From Octopus sinensis (lineage: Eukaryota), in contig NC_043004.1 of the NCBI RefSeq assembly GCF_006345805.1, forward strand, positions 434,001 to 498,000: a DNA stretch of 64,000 bases, read 5' to 3'. Both the position numbers and the translations under genes were made by a program. Positions 1 to 11,360 of this stretch are shown here, one piece after another; position 1 is the first letter of the stretch; each line of letters starts with the position of its first letter. Under the pieces are notes generated by a model. It made no database searches and was not told where the DNA came from. It saw only the letters and a program-made list of their open reading frames with translations.

Positions 1-298
1 AAGCACCATCTGAACGTGGCTGATGCCAGCGCCGCCTTGACTGGCTTCTGTGACGGTGGCACGTAAAAAGCACCAACCGATCGTGGCTGCGGCCAGCCTC
101 CCCTGGCACCTGTGCCAGTGGCACGTAAAAAGCACCCACTACACTCACGGAGTGGTTGGCATTAGGAAGGGCATCCAGCTGTAGAAACACTGCCAGATCA
201 GACTGGAGCCTGGTGCAGCCTCCTGGCTTCTTAGACCCCGGTCGAACCATCCAACCCATGCTAGCACGGAAAACGCACGTTAAACAATGATGATGATG
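1..298 (+). mobile_element. Non-autonomous retroposon family 'S3' (3' part), RTE-like tail ending in (GAT)n
   Basis: Repeated taaaaagcacc/tgccagtggca motifs, then ...ggaagggcatccagctgtagaaac...acgttaaac(gat)n. The same module recurs more than 12 times in the window. Confidence 0.75.
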
Positions 299-539
299 AC
301 AGCTTCTGGTTCAATCCCATAGTGTGGCACATTGGACGTGATGACTTCTCCTATAGCTCCAGGCCAGTCAATGCCTTGTGAATAGCTTTGATTGGTAAAT
401 TTCAGCAAATGTCCCACTCCATAATGCAGGGATTTTCATGAGACATGTAGAATGTAAGCACTCATACAAACACACGTGTCTTATTACAGTCAATCCATGT
501 CACCACTTGCGAATATGGAAATGTAATAATAATGAAATT

Positions 540-930
540 ATAGTATACAGTGCTTAGATGCACCACAACTTGTCAAAAGTGTGTATAAAGCATATGCAGT
601 AATGTCTGGGAAGTGAACAGTGTATGAGTCAGATACATGCTTGCATGTGTGTGGAGGAGAGAAAATGAGGTGTAGCGTTGGTGAATCTCAGGAAGCATGG
701 AAGCTTTGAAGGATGCAGTGCTCCGACAACTAACAACTGATGCCGGCAGTTTGTTCCATACTTCAGCAACTCTTAGTGTGAAAAAATGTTTCCGAAAGTC
801 ATGGGAGCAGTGCTATTTTTTTAACTTTGTAAACATGTCCACGGGTGTTAGACAGGTGGAGTTTGAAAAGGTGCTCAGAGTTATTGTTTGTAAGATGGTT
901 AATAATTTTATGGGTGTCTGCCAAGTCAGA
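540..930 (-). mobile_element. CR1/L2-type LINE 3' end relic
   Basis: Minus-strand translation ...HLFKLHLSNTRGHVYKVKK..., then in a shifted frame ...FRKHFFTLRVAEVWNKLPASVV.... This matches the TRGH..K / FF..RV..WN.LP C-terminus of CR1-group ORF2; frameshifted. Confidence 0.75.
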
Positions 931-947
931 CACCCATAATGAAACAC

Positions 948-991
948 CTGGAAAGTTGTTGAACATAAGACCATTTGGAAACAAGATGTGG
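948..991 (-). CDS. Candidate exon of minus-strand gene (PTSCFQMVLCSTTFQ)
   Basis: ctcataacag| acceptor and CAG|gtgttt donor; 44 nt, phase 1 to 0, phase-compatible with exon 1146-1319. Confidence 0.5.
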
Positions 992-1145
992 CTGTTATGA
1001 GACTAAATTTCTAATGCTGCTTAAATAATATATCCACTTTATTACTTAATATATGAATGTCTGTTTCTTTTTCTGGCCTCTGGACAGTTATTGGACAACT
1101 ATACATATTGTATGTGGGTGTATGAAGGTATGTGTATGTGTTTAC

Positions 1146-1319
1146 GTAGATGCATTTGTGATTTGAAATAGGCCAAGAAGCCATAGGTTACAATGGACAT
1201 CGATTGAAAATAACTTCGTTTGTAAAAGTACACAAGGCGTGGGTTAAAAACGGATACTAAATCAATGGAAACTTTTGTTTTGGCTTTTCCTTTGCTTCTC
1301 ATAAAACTGTTTGCTTGTA
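1146..1319 (-). CDS. Candidate exon (QANSFMRSKGKAKTKVSIDLVSVFNPRLVYFYKRSYFQSMSIVTYGFLAYFKSQMHL)
   Basis: (ct)n-ag acceptor and CTAC|gtaaac donor; 174 nt, open across the whole unique island. Confidence 0.65.
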
Positions 1320-1699
1320 CTAGAGAGAGAGAGAGAGAGAGAGAGGTAGGGGGATGGATGGATGAATGAATATGTAAATAGACAGGTAAATGAATAGGTA
1401 GATATGAAGGCAGATACGCAGGTGAATAGACAAGTATGTAGAGACAGACAGACAGACAGACATATAGGCAGGCAGACATTGACAGATATAGTGAAAAGAC
1501 AGACGGATAGATAGACGGATGGACAGAGAGAGAGAGAGAGAGGTAGGGGATTGTTTTTTCATGAAAGAGTATGAGAATGAGACTGGGAGTGTGAGACATG
1601 AACTTAATTCTTTTCCCATTTTATTAATCTTCTTAACCTCTGTCATTGCTTTTCCTCCATCCATTTCCCTATACACTGATCTGATAGTGCTGGAGTTAC

Positions 1700-1768
1700 C
1701 TTCCTTGGTTAATGTTGTGTTGTTTTTTTTTTTTAGATTTTAGGTACGCCTGGAAGAATTTTTTTTGT
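1700..1768 (-). CDS. Candidate exon (QKKFFQAYLKSKKK...) spanning an A12 run
   Basis: Branch point ctaac, attattag| acceptor, AAG|gtaact donor. Phase fits the next exon only if the homopolymer is 11 nt (or differs by a net 1 mod 3). Confidence 0.4.
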
Positions 1769-1936
1769 CTAATAATTGCAGGATAATGTTAGTTAATCCA
1801 AGTTTTTCAAACTCACTCTGTTATATATGTGAGGCTCTGCTATATATTCATTTGCTGTGTTTATTGTTCCCCCCAAGTGATTTTAATCTTAGTCATATTG
1901 TTATTTATAATCAGAGACAAAACACACTGGCATTAC

Positions 1937-1979
1937 AGGGAGAATATAGCAGGGAGCAGAAGAACTGCACCAGGGGACA
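1937..1979 (-). CDS. Candidate exon (SPGAVLLLPAIFSL)
   Basis: cttctgctag| acceptor and CT|gtaatg donor; 43 nt, phase 1 to 2, compatible with both neighbours. Confidence 0.4.
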
Positions 1980-2053
1980 CTAGCAGAAGTGATAGCACCA
2001 GGGTTTTTTGGTTGATTTTTTGCATAGGAAGTGATTATATGAATATATAAAGA

Positions 2054-2276
2054 CAGTAACCCCTTGCTATATTGTGGTTCACCTATCACAGTTTATTATT
2101 TAAGCTTACGTCGATTCCTCCATGGTGTTGTTTTGAATTTATAATAAAATGAATATATTCAGATTATAAAAATAATAATATAAAATATACAGTACAGTCT
2201 TGTTTCTACTTCACGGATTTTCACCTACGGTGGGGTGTTTTGGAACACAACACCTGTGATAGTCGAGAGATTACTG
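2054..2276. mobile_element. Tc1/mariner-superfamily MITE (TIR CAGTAATCCC...)
   Basis: Ends cagtaacccc...gattactg followed by TA; related copies at 11361-11583 and 20111-20330. Confidence 0.75.
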
Positions 2277-2751
2277 TATACAGAAATATATATATCGTTG
2301 CTATTATGCAAAAGTGTCATAAGTCCAAAACATTGCTTTTTCAGAAAACGAAAAAATAGTTTCACCATTCCATAGCAAAACTGTTGTACTACACTTTGAC
2401 AATTTTTGATATCTTGGCATGTGAAGCAGCTGGAGATACAATACTTTGAACAAAAGAACCGGCTATTGCAAGTGAGAATAAATATTGAAAAAAACACATT
2501 TGGCCAAATTTGGACATACAACTGTTTAACATAAGAGCAATGATAATTTGCATCTTTGAAGAAATGTAAGACCAAGTAATTTAATCCACAAACATGACTC
2601 CAATTCCAGATGAATTTAAAAATCCAGTATATATGATACATTAAAAATATATAAATACATAGGCATGTTTTAAAATTCTATAAAGAAATAACTATATGAA
2701 AAATATTTACGTAAGATAATAGATTTTTTTTTTAAATCTTCAGATGTAGAC

Positions 2752-2756
<5 letters not shown>

Positions 2757-2815
<59 letters not shown>
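2757..2815. repeat. (TA)n microsatellite
   Basis: Direct reading. Confidence 0.95.
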
Positions 2816-2820
<5 letters not shown>

Positions 2821-3714
2821 CCTGCTCACTTAGCCAGTGGGGTGGCGTCATTTCTAGGCTAAAACAATGTGAAGCGCATTGTGACCAGCGATGTGTAGCA
2901 ACATCTGGTAGCCTGGTCGGTCACGGTGATCACGGTGATATATATATATATCTACAATGCAAACTGTTTATAGTCATTTGGGAAAAGCATATCTGACCAA
3001 GGCAAAATGTTATCTTGCTTGGAAACAGCGAGTGTTGGCAACAGGACAGGCATCCTGCCAGAGAAAATTTGTATCTATGAATTCCATTTGAGCCATGCAA
3101 GCATGCAAAAGTGGATGCTAAAATGATGATGGTGTGTGTGTGTGTGTGTGTGTGGTGTGTGAATGTGTGTGTGTATATATCATCATCATCATTTAACATC
3201 CGTTTTCTATGCTGGCATGGGTTGGACGGTTTGACAGGAGCTGGCAAGATGGAGGGTTGCACCAGGCCCCGAATGTCTGTTTTGACATGGTTTCTATGGT
3301 TGGATGCCCTTCCTAATGCCAACTACTTCACAGAGTGTACTGGGTGCTTTAACATGACCCCAGCATGAGTACTTTTTACATGGTGCCAGTACAAGTGCCT
3401 AGTTATGTGGTGCCAGCTTAACGATTAAGGTATTCGGCTTGCAATTGCAAAGTCATGAGTTCAATTCTTGGTGCATTATACCCTTGAGCAAGACACTTTA
3501 TTTCCCATTACTCCAGTCCACTCAGCTAGCAAAGTAAGTTGTACCTCTAATTCAAAGGACCAGCCTTGTCACACTCTGTATCATGCTGAATCTCCCTAAA
3601 AGCTATGTTAAGGGTACACATGTTTCAGGAGCATTTAGCCACTTGCATGTTAATTTCCCAAGTAGGCTGATCTGTTGATCAGATCAACTGGAACGCTCAT
3701 AACTGTAACTTATT

Positions 3715-4125
3715 TCTTTATTGCCCACAAGGGGCTAAACACAGAGAGGACAAACAAGGACAGACAAACAGATTAAGTAGATTATATCAACCCCAGTGCA
3801 TAACTGGTACTGAATTTATCGACCCTGAAAGAATGAAAGGCAAAGTCGACCTCGGCGGAATTTGAACTCAGAACGTAGCGGCAGACGAAATACCTATTTC
3901 TTTATTACCCACAAGGGGCTAAACACAGAGAGGACAAACAAGAACAGACAAACGGATTAAGTCGATTATATCGACCCCAGTGCAATACTGATACTTAATT
4001 TATCGATCCCGAAAGGATGAAAGGCAAAGTCGCCCTCGGCGGAATTTGAACTCAGAACATAACAGCAGACGAAATACGGCTACGCATTTCGTCCGGCGTG
4101 CTAACATTTCTGCCAGTTTGCCACC
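3715..4125 (-). mobile_element. tRNA-derived SINE family 'S2', tandem dimer
   Basis: Head gg(c/t)ggcagaa(a/t)gttagcacgccg...gttctgagttcaaattccgcc (B-box-like); the body is repeated head-to-tail. Other copies at about 8440-8742, 9345-9585, 27185-27420, 30105-30337, 44805-45210, 50140-50570 and 55136-55537. Confidence 0.8.
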
Positions 4126-4387
4126 TGCTTATAACTGTAACTGATAGAGTGCCAGCTTATTTATACACACACTAATTAATTAATAACCTCAAATACCTTC
4201 TTTGATAAGAATCTGTTTTTGACTTTACTGTGAAAAGAAACAATGTTTTATACAACAGGTTTTTATTTGTCCATGGGCAGAAAATTTGCAATCAGTCTAA
4301 TTTCTAGTCTTTTTATATTTTCATCATCAGAGAAAGAAAACCCATTGCACCTCCAAAAAGATATTTATAGCTTAGAGTTATTTTTAC

Positions 4388-4425
4388 CCCAACTGGTCAG
4401 TATAATTTGTGTAAAAGTGCATTTG
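4388..4425 (-). CDS. Candidate small exon (KCTFTQIILTSW)
   Basis: attgtcag| acceptor and G|gtaaaa donor; 38 nt, phase 2 to 1, bridging 4534-4635 and 1937-1979. Confidence 0.35.
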
Positions 4426-4533
4426 CTGACAATATAATTAATTCATTAATAATGCACTACACAATAGTTTTGATTAATTTGAAATGTAATATATGGGAAA
4501 CCCTTTATGATAAACACGTAGAGGGGTGAAAAC

Positions 4534-4635
4534 CTGCAGTATAAAGGCCATTTACTAATTACAATGCAAAGAAAACTGGTGGACTCCCTTGTCATAAACA
4601 ATGAATGGGGATTCTGCAATTTCTTGCTAAACAAC
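4534..4635 (-). CDS. Candidate exon (LFSKKLQNPHSLFMTRESTSFLCIVISKWPLYC)
   Basis: catctacacag| acceptor and CAG|gttttc donor; 102 nt open, phase 2 to 2. Confidence 0.55.
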
Positions 4636-4700
4636 CTGTGTAGATGACTTGTTTACTGTGATCAAATGTCTGTTGTGTACATTAGCTCAATGAGGATAAA

Positions 4701-4745
<45 letters not shown>

Positions 4746-4779
4746 ATATATATTTTATTTGAAGGAGGAGATGGAGACT

Positions 4780-5165
4780 TATATATTGAGACCTATTGAG
4801 TCAAGTACATCAACATCAAAAAATCAAATGGTAATTGTAGTTGTGATACCTGTGCCAGTGGCACACAAAAAGCACCATCCGAACGTAGCCAATGCCAGCG
4901 CTGCCTTGACTAGCTTCCGTGCTGGTGGCATGTAAAAAGCACCAACCGATCATGACCATTGCCAGCCTCCCCTGGCACCTGTGCCGGTGGCATGTAAAAA
5001 GCACCCACTACACTCACGGAGTGGTTGACGTTAGAAAGAGCATCCAGCTGTAGAAACACTGCCAGATCAGACTGGAGCCTGGTGCACCCTCCTGGTTTCC
5101 CAGACCCCGGTCAAACCGTCCAACCCATGCAAGCATGGAAAACGGACATTAAACGATGATGATGA
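4780..5165 (+). mobile_element. S3 retroposon copy with longer 5' part
   Basis: gagacctattgagtcaagtacatcaacatc... shared with about 31780-32170 and 43330-43785. Confidence 0.7.
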
Positions 5166-5169
5166 AATG

Positions 5170-5420
5170 CTGTGAGGTGTCACAGATTGCAAGGCAATAT
5201 GCCAGAGTGAATCAATAGATTGATAATGAGAAGTATATGCTGAATGATAACAGCATACTTATCCATATTGATATGGAAAGAGTCATGGAAGAGCTATTAT
5301 AAGACACTGTTAGATGAGGTGGGGAATCTGTGAGAGAAGGACAAAGTTGGCACAGCTGTAATTTGTACAACTATGAACCCTGAGTAGAGAGGAGTAAAGA
5401 TTGAGAGAAAAGGGTCAGAG
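5170..5420 (+). mobile_element. Degraded RTE-type LINE ORF fragment
   Basis: Translates in part to KESWKSYYKTLLDEV, resembling the W..Y(F)..LLN motif upstream of RT in RTE elements; contains stops. Confidence 0.35.
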
Positions 5421-6213
5421 CAGAGAAGATCTCTTCTTAATCTTTGCTAAGTATGGTGTCAACTGAAAATATGTTTCTTCAGTCTTTGTAAATTCTCTTT
5501 TTTTCTTTATTACCCCCAACCATTGATACAGTAGAGCAGTACCAATTGGCATCCCATTGGTCATGACAACAAGTGTTCCAGACGATCTGATCAACAGAAA
5601 ACCCTACTCAGGAAATTATTGTGCAAGTGGCTGAGTACTCCACTGACACATGTACCTTTAGCATAGTTTTCAGGGAGATTCAGAATGACACAGAGTGTAA
5701 CAAGGTTGGCCCTTTGAATTACAGGTACAACACAATTTAACCACCTGAGTGGACTTGAGCAATGTGAAATAAGGTGTCTTGTCACAAGGACACAATGCAC
5801 TGCCAGGAATTGAACTCATGACCTTACGATCATGGGCCAACTATCCTAACCACTAAGCCATGTACCTTCACTAAACAGCGCAGTAATAAGATCTGAACAA
5901 CTGACTTACTTGGTTACCTGCCACCACCATAACTGCTTGCCATCTGTTACATATTGAACACTTTCATACAACAAACTGGAATATTGATTCATAAGCTAAA
6001 CCTATATTTAAATAGCTGTACAGTGTACATATAAATAAGATGCTGTAAAACATGTGAAATAAAAACAGCTTACAAGTGAATTAATGCCATCCGGTTAACA
6101 TTAGGTTTGTAAAGCAGGGGTAACGCAGTTGCAAAATGTTTTTTGTAAAACTGGGGACCTTGTCTGTTCAGCCCTAATTTCACTTTAACATTACTTTTTA
6201 TACACTTTTACTG

Positions 6214-6418
6214 TTTTACTTGTTTCAGTCATTTGACTGTGGCCATGCTGGAGCACCACCTTTAGTCGAACAAATCGCCCCCAGGACTTATTCTTTGTAA
6301 GCCTAGTACTTATTCCATCGGTCTCTTTTGCCAAACTGCTAAGTTACGGGGACATAAACACACCAGCATCGGTTGACAAGCAATGTTGGGGAGGACAAAC
6401 ACAGACACACAAACATAT

Positions 6419-6467
<49 letters not shown>

Positions 6468-6637
6468 TACGACGGGCTTCTTTCAGTTTCCATCTACCAA
6501 ATCCACTCAAAAAGCTTTGGTCGGCCCAAGGCTATAGTAGACGACACTTGCCCAAGGTGCCACTCAGTGGGACTGAACCCGGAATCATGTGGTTCATAAG
6601 CAAGCTACTTACCACACAGCCACTCCTACACCTATAT
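6214..6637 (-). mobile_element. tRNA-derived SINE family 'S1', full-length
   Basis: Reverse complement of the 6673-7080 copy; internal (CA/TA) microsatellite. Confidence 0.85.
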
Positions 6638-6672
6638 GTTATTTCTTTTCTTTTTTCTTGCCACTTTTGTTA

Positions 6673-7080
6673 CTATAGGCGCAGGAGTGGCTGTGTGGTA
6701 AGTAGCTTGCTAACCGACCACATGGTTCCGGGTTCAGTCCCACTGTGTGGCATCTTGGTCAAGTGTCTTCTGCTATAGCCCCGGGCCGACCAATGCCTTG
6801 TGAGTGGATTTGGTAGACGGAAACTGAAAGAAGCCTGTCGTATATATGTATATATATATAAGTGTGTGTGTATATGTTTGTGTGTCTGTGTTTGTCCCCC
6901 TAGCATTGCTTGACAACCGATGCTGGTGTGTTTACATCCCCGTCACTTAGCTATTCGGCAAAAGAGACCGATAGAATAAGTACTGGGCTTACAAAGAATA
7001 AGTCCCGGGGTCGATTTGCTCGACTAAAGGCGGTGCTCCAGCATGGCCGCAGTCAAATGACTGAAACAAGTAAAAGAGTA
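6673..7080 (+). mobile_element. tRNA-derived SINE family 'S1', full-length
   Basis: Head ggcgcaggagtggctgtgtggtaag...ggttccgggttcagtccc (A/B-box-like); tail ...gactgaaacaagtaaaagag. More than 15 copies in the window, e.g. about 11905-12330, 25594-25990, 35806-36200, 40415-40880, 41583-41990 and 49248-49630. Confidence 0.85.
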
Positions 7081-7086
7081 AGAGTA

Positions 7087-7120
<34 letters not shown>

Positions 7121-7624
7121 CATACATACATGCATGCATGCATGCATGCATTTCTAGGGACATGTTCGTAACGTTGTTATTTTATAAAGCACATTGTCTG
7201 CAGGGAACAGGCTCAGCACTGCTTTGCATCTAATTTTTTTCAACAAGACACATAAATTGACTTTTAATTGATCTAACACTGAACTGTGGGTAAAAGGTTA
7301 TTGTGACATTCTTCATATGGGTGTGTGTATGTGTATATATATATATAATAAATATCATGGGCGGGTATTAAATTGAGGTGTGGTGCGGTTAATACTAATA
7401 CAATTTGCATACAATGGATTAAAACTTCATTTTTTAAAATGTCTAAATGTAGATTAGAAAACTGGAAGCAGACAGAATTGAAAATCGTTTCCATATAACA
7501 ATGCTTAAAATATCTCGATTACGTCTGCAAATAATCTCTATCTGAAACAATCTCTACAACCGAGTGATGGAGAGGAAATATATTCCGCTATCACACTCTA
7601 CAATCACAGACAATACATCATTAT

Positions 7625-8092
7625 AGTTCTATATTTAAGAGATGAGGAATTATGAACATTATTTACATCTGACGGATATTTTGTCCTCATCTTGTTTGTT
7701 GTTAACACAACGTTTCGGCTGATATTCCCTCCAGCCTTCATCAGGTGTCTTGGGGAAATTTCGAACATGGGTTCTCATTCCTAAGGTATTTTTTCGATGT
7801 TATTATTATTATTATTATTATTATTTCTTCTTTCTTCAAATTTTTCTTCCATTTCTCGCCGAGTGTTTTCTGCACACCTAGGGCAGAGAAGCTCATTGTA
7901 TGCATTCCCAGATTGTAATCTGGGAATGCCAGGTAAAATATGTATTTAAAAAATTAATAAGTAAATAAATTCATGAATGGATGTTGTTTTCACTGTGATA
8001 ATGCTCTTCTCAGTACATGAGCCATTCCAGTTAATACGATTTTTTGTACTTCCTGTAGGGATGGTAAGCCTGGTTTACTATTATTATTATTA

Positions 8093-8127
<35 letters not shown>

Positions 8128-8292
8128 ATCACTGCCTGGAATGGAACTTGGAATCTTGGGGCTAGTAGCCCGTGCTCTTAACCACTACACCATATGCTCG
8201 TGATGAAGGCTGGAGGGTATATCAGCCGAAACGTTGTGTTATCAATAAACAAGATGAGGACAAATATCCGTCAAATGTAAATAAAGTAAATA
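7625..8292 (-). mobile_element. tRNA-head/Penelope-tail HHR element, copy A (with ~250-bp internal insertion)
   Basis: On the minus strand: inverted arm (8200-8292), tRNA-like head (8124-8198), (AAT)n, insertion, (AAT)n, then the HHR-containing tail. Confidence 0.75.
7704..7749 (-). ncRNA. Minimal type-I hammerhead ribozyme motif (family 1, intact core)
   Basis: GACAC-CUGAUGA-A-GGCUG(gagggaauau)CAGCC-GAAA-CG-UU-GUGUU: stem I GACAC/GUGUU, stem II 5 bp, loop-less palindromic stem III (AACGUU), GUU cleavage triplet. Confidence 0.75.
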
Positions 8293-11054
8293 AATACTTC
8301 TATATTTCATGCATCTTTTACAATTATGATAAACAGTGGTTACTCAGCAATAATCCTTTATATTATAGGCACAAATCCTGGATGTTGTGGGGAAGGGGAC
8401 AGTCAATCACATCAACCCCAGTATGCAACTGGTACTTAATTGATTGACCCGGAAAAGATGAAAGTCAACCACAGCAGAATTTGAACTCAGAACGTAGCAG
8501 CAGACGAAATACCTATTTCTTTACTGCCCACAAGGGGCTAAACACAGAAAGGACAAACAAGGACAGAGAAAGGGATTAAGTCGATTATATCAACACCAGT
8601 GCGCAACTGGTACTTATTTAATCGACCCCGAAAGGATGAAAGGCAAAGTCGAACGTGGCGGAATTTGAACTCAGAACATAGCGGCAGACGAAATACCGCT
8701 AAGCATTTTGCCCGGCGTGCTAACGATTCTACCAGCTCACCTAAGGGTTGCTCTACAATAATAAATACTAGCCATAATGGTTTGTAATCTAGGCACAAGC
8801 AATTCTAAGTGAAAGTGTTGTGACCCAGTGTATAAGGTGTTTCATTCATGATCACAACATTGTAGTTTTGACTCTTGGTTCAATCAGTGTATTGTGTTCT
8901 GGGTCAAAATATTTTATTTCATGTTGTTCCAATCCACTGAGCTCTAAATGAGTCACTCTGGAATGAAATGGTGTCCTGTTCAGAAGGAGTGTTGTGATCT
9001 GGGTCAGTTATGTTTCCATAGAAACTAGCAAACTGACACTATGAGTCTGAGAACTTGAGACTAATTAGACATCGATGACAATAATGAATTTTAAGAGGAG
9101 GGGTTTAGCTGATACCATCAACCCCTAGGCCTTAACCAAGCATGTTATTTTACTGACCCGGGAGAAAAGACAAAGTTAACTGAGGCAAGATTTGCCACCG
9201 ATAATAATAATAATAATCATGATGATGATTCTAATTTTAGCACAAGGCCAGCGATTTTGAGGGAAGTTGTTAACCAATAGTATTGACCTTTATACTTGAT
9301 TGGTACTGAGTGTGGTTTGAATTCAGAATATAAGGGAACATAGCCAAATACCTATTTCTTTACTACCCACAAGGGACTAAACACAGAAGTGACAAACAAG
9401 GACGGACAAATGGATTAAGTCGATTATATTGACCCCAGTGCGTAACTGGTACTTATTTAATCGACTCCGAAAGGATGAAAGGCAAAGTCGACCTCGGCGG
9501 AATTTGAACTCAGAATGTAGCAGCAGACGAAATACCGCTAAGCATTTTGCCCAGCATGCTAACGATTCTGCCAGCTCTCCGCCTTAAATAACTCAATACC
9601 ACTAGATATTTTGTCTGCTGCTCAACCGATTTTACTGTTCCAGTTAAAGAAAATGAAAAATTGGAAAAGCATATAAATCGTAGTCTTTAACCCTTTGGTA
9701 TTCAGATTAATCTGTCAAATATAATTTTTATTTATTCACGTTGCTTTCAATTAATCATTTTGATGATATGATGGTTTATCTTTAAAATGACATTGTAAAG
9801 TAGGTGTGAGAGACTGGATCTGATCAATTTGAACAGAAAACAAGGAGAATATTTGCGCTGGATATGCCAGATTTAAACACTACAAGGTTAAATTTATGTT
9901 TCGAACATGGTTCATGCAAGGTCTACCAAACTGGCTCCTGTGCCAGTGGCATGTAAAAAACACCATCTCAACAATGCCAGTACCCAGTGACTGGCCCCCG
10001 TGCTGGTGTCACGTAAAAAGCACTATCCAAACATGGTCGATGTCAGTACCGCCTGACTGGCTCCCATGCCAGTAGCACATAAAAAGTACCATTCAAGAGC
10101 GATTGATGCCAGGCCTGCCTGACAGGCTCCTGTGCTGGTGGCACATAAAAAGCAACCACTACACTCTTGGAGTGGTTGGTGTTATGAAGGGCATCCAGCT
10201 GTAGAATCATTGCCATATCAGATTGGAGCTTGGTGCAGCCACTGGCTCTCCAGATCTCAGTCAAACCATCCAACCCATACCAGCATGGAAATCAGATGTT
10301 AAACAATGATGATGATGATGATGATGATGATGAATCCCACCACCACCTAATAAATAATATTAATTTCTTGCATTAGCATTATCTTTATATTTTACTTGTT
10401 TCAGTCATTAAACTGTGGCCATGCTGGGCCACCCCCTTGAAGAATTTTAGATGAGCAAATCAACCCTGGAACTTATTCTTTCATTAACCCTTTCAACCCA
10501 GAATTTCTTCTCAAGAATGTTTTCTCAAGTTGGTAATGGCGGGGGATTTGTAGGCATGTGATCCTTTTGAGCTGTCATTATAGTGTCAGACATTCCAATC
10601 ATACGTCTGGCACTACAGACTTACCAAAAAACCAGAACAGTGTTATACTGCATCACATAGAATTTTAATTTTAAAGATTTGGGTCGTAAAATTTTTGTCT
10701 GGTACAAACAATGTACGAGCCAGGCCAAAAGGGTGAAAGCTCTGGACTTATTCTATCAGTCTCTTTTGCCGAACCACTAAGTTATGACGATATAAATACA
10801 GACAAGCTTCTTTCAGTTTCCATCTACCAAATCCACTCATAAGGCTTTGGTCAGCTGGAGACTATAGTAGAAGACACTTGCTCCATGTGTCACACAGTGG
10901 AACTGAACATAGACCTATGTGGTTGGGAAGCAAGCTTTTTACCAAACAACCATGTCTGCACCTATGCAATGAATTTTAAAGCTACACAATGCACAGATTC
11001 TCATATTTTCTCTATCAGCATATCTGTTTGTATTGTTCGACTGCATTGATATAC

Positions 11055-11164
11055 CCCTTGTGAAGAATATATTGTAAAACTGATGACAAAAGGTGAAGTT
11101 TTATGGATATCATAAAACAAACAATTTATAATTTCTTTATTTGCTATATTCAGAGTACAGACTT
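11055..11164 (-). CDS. Candidate exon (VCTLNIANKEIINCLFYDIHKTSPFVISFTIYSSQG)
   Basis: gttgtttag| acceptor and GGG|gtatat donor, inside a 72-codon open frame in unique sequence. Confidence 0.35.
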
Positions 11165-11360
11165 CTAAACAACATATTCCATACACACTCATTACATATG
11201 TTTCTATCTTCGAATGCATGGTTACATAGACATGGTAAGAAGCTTACTTCCCAATCATATGGTTCCAGGTTCAGTCCCACTGCATGGCACCTTGGACAGC
11301 TGACCAAAGCCTTGTGAATGAATTTAGTAGACAGAAACTGTAAGATACCCATCGTATATA

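Noticed and set aside
7925-7945. U1 snRNA 5'-end-like sequence (TTACCTGGCA, minus strand)
   Set aside because: Only a 10-nt match, equivalent to a 5' splice-site consensus on the other strand; no U1 stems or Sm site follow.
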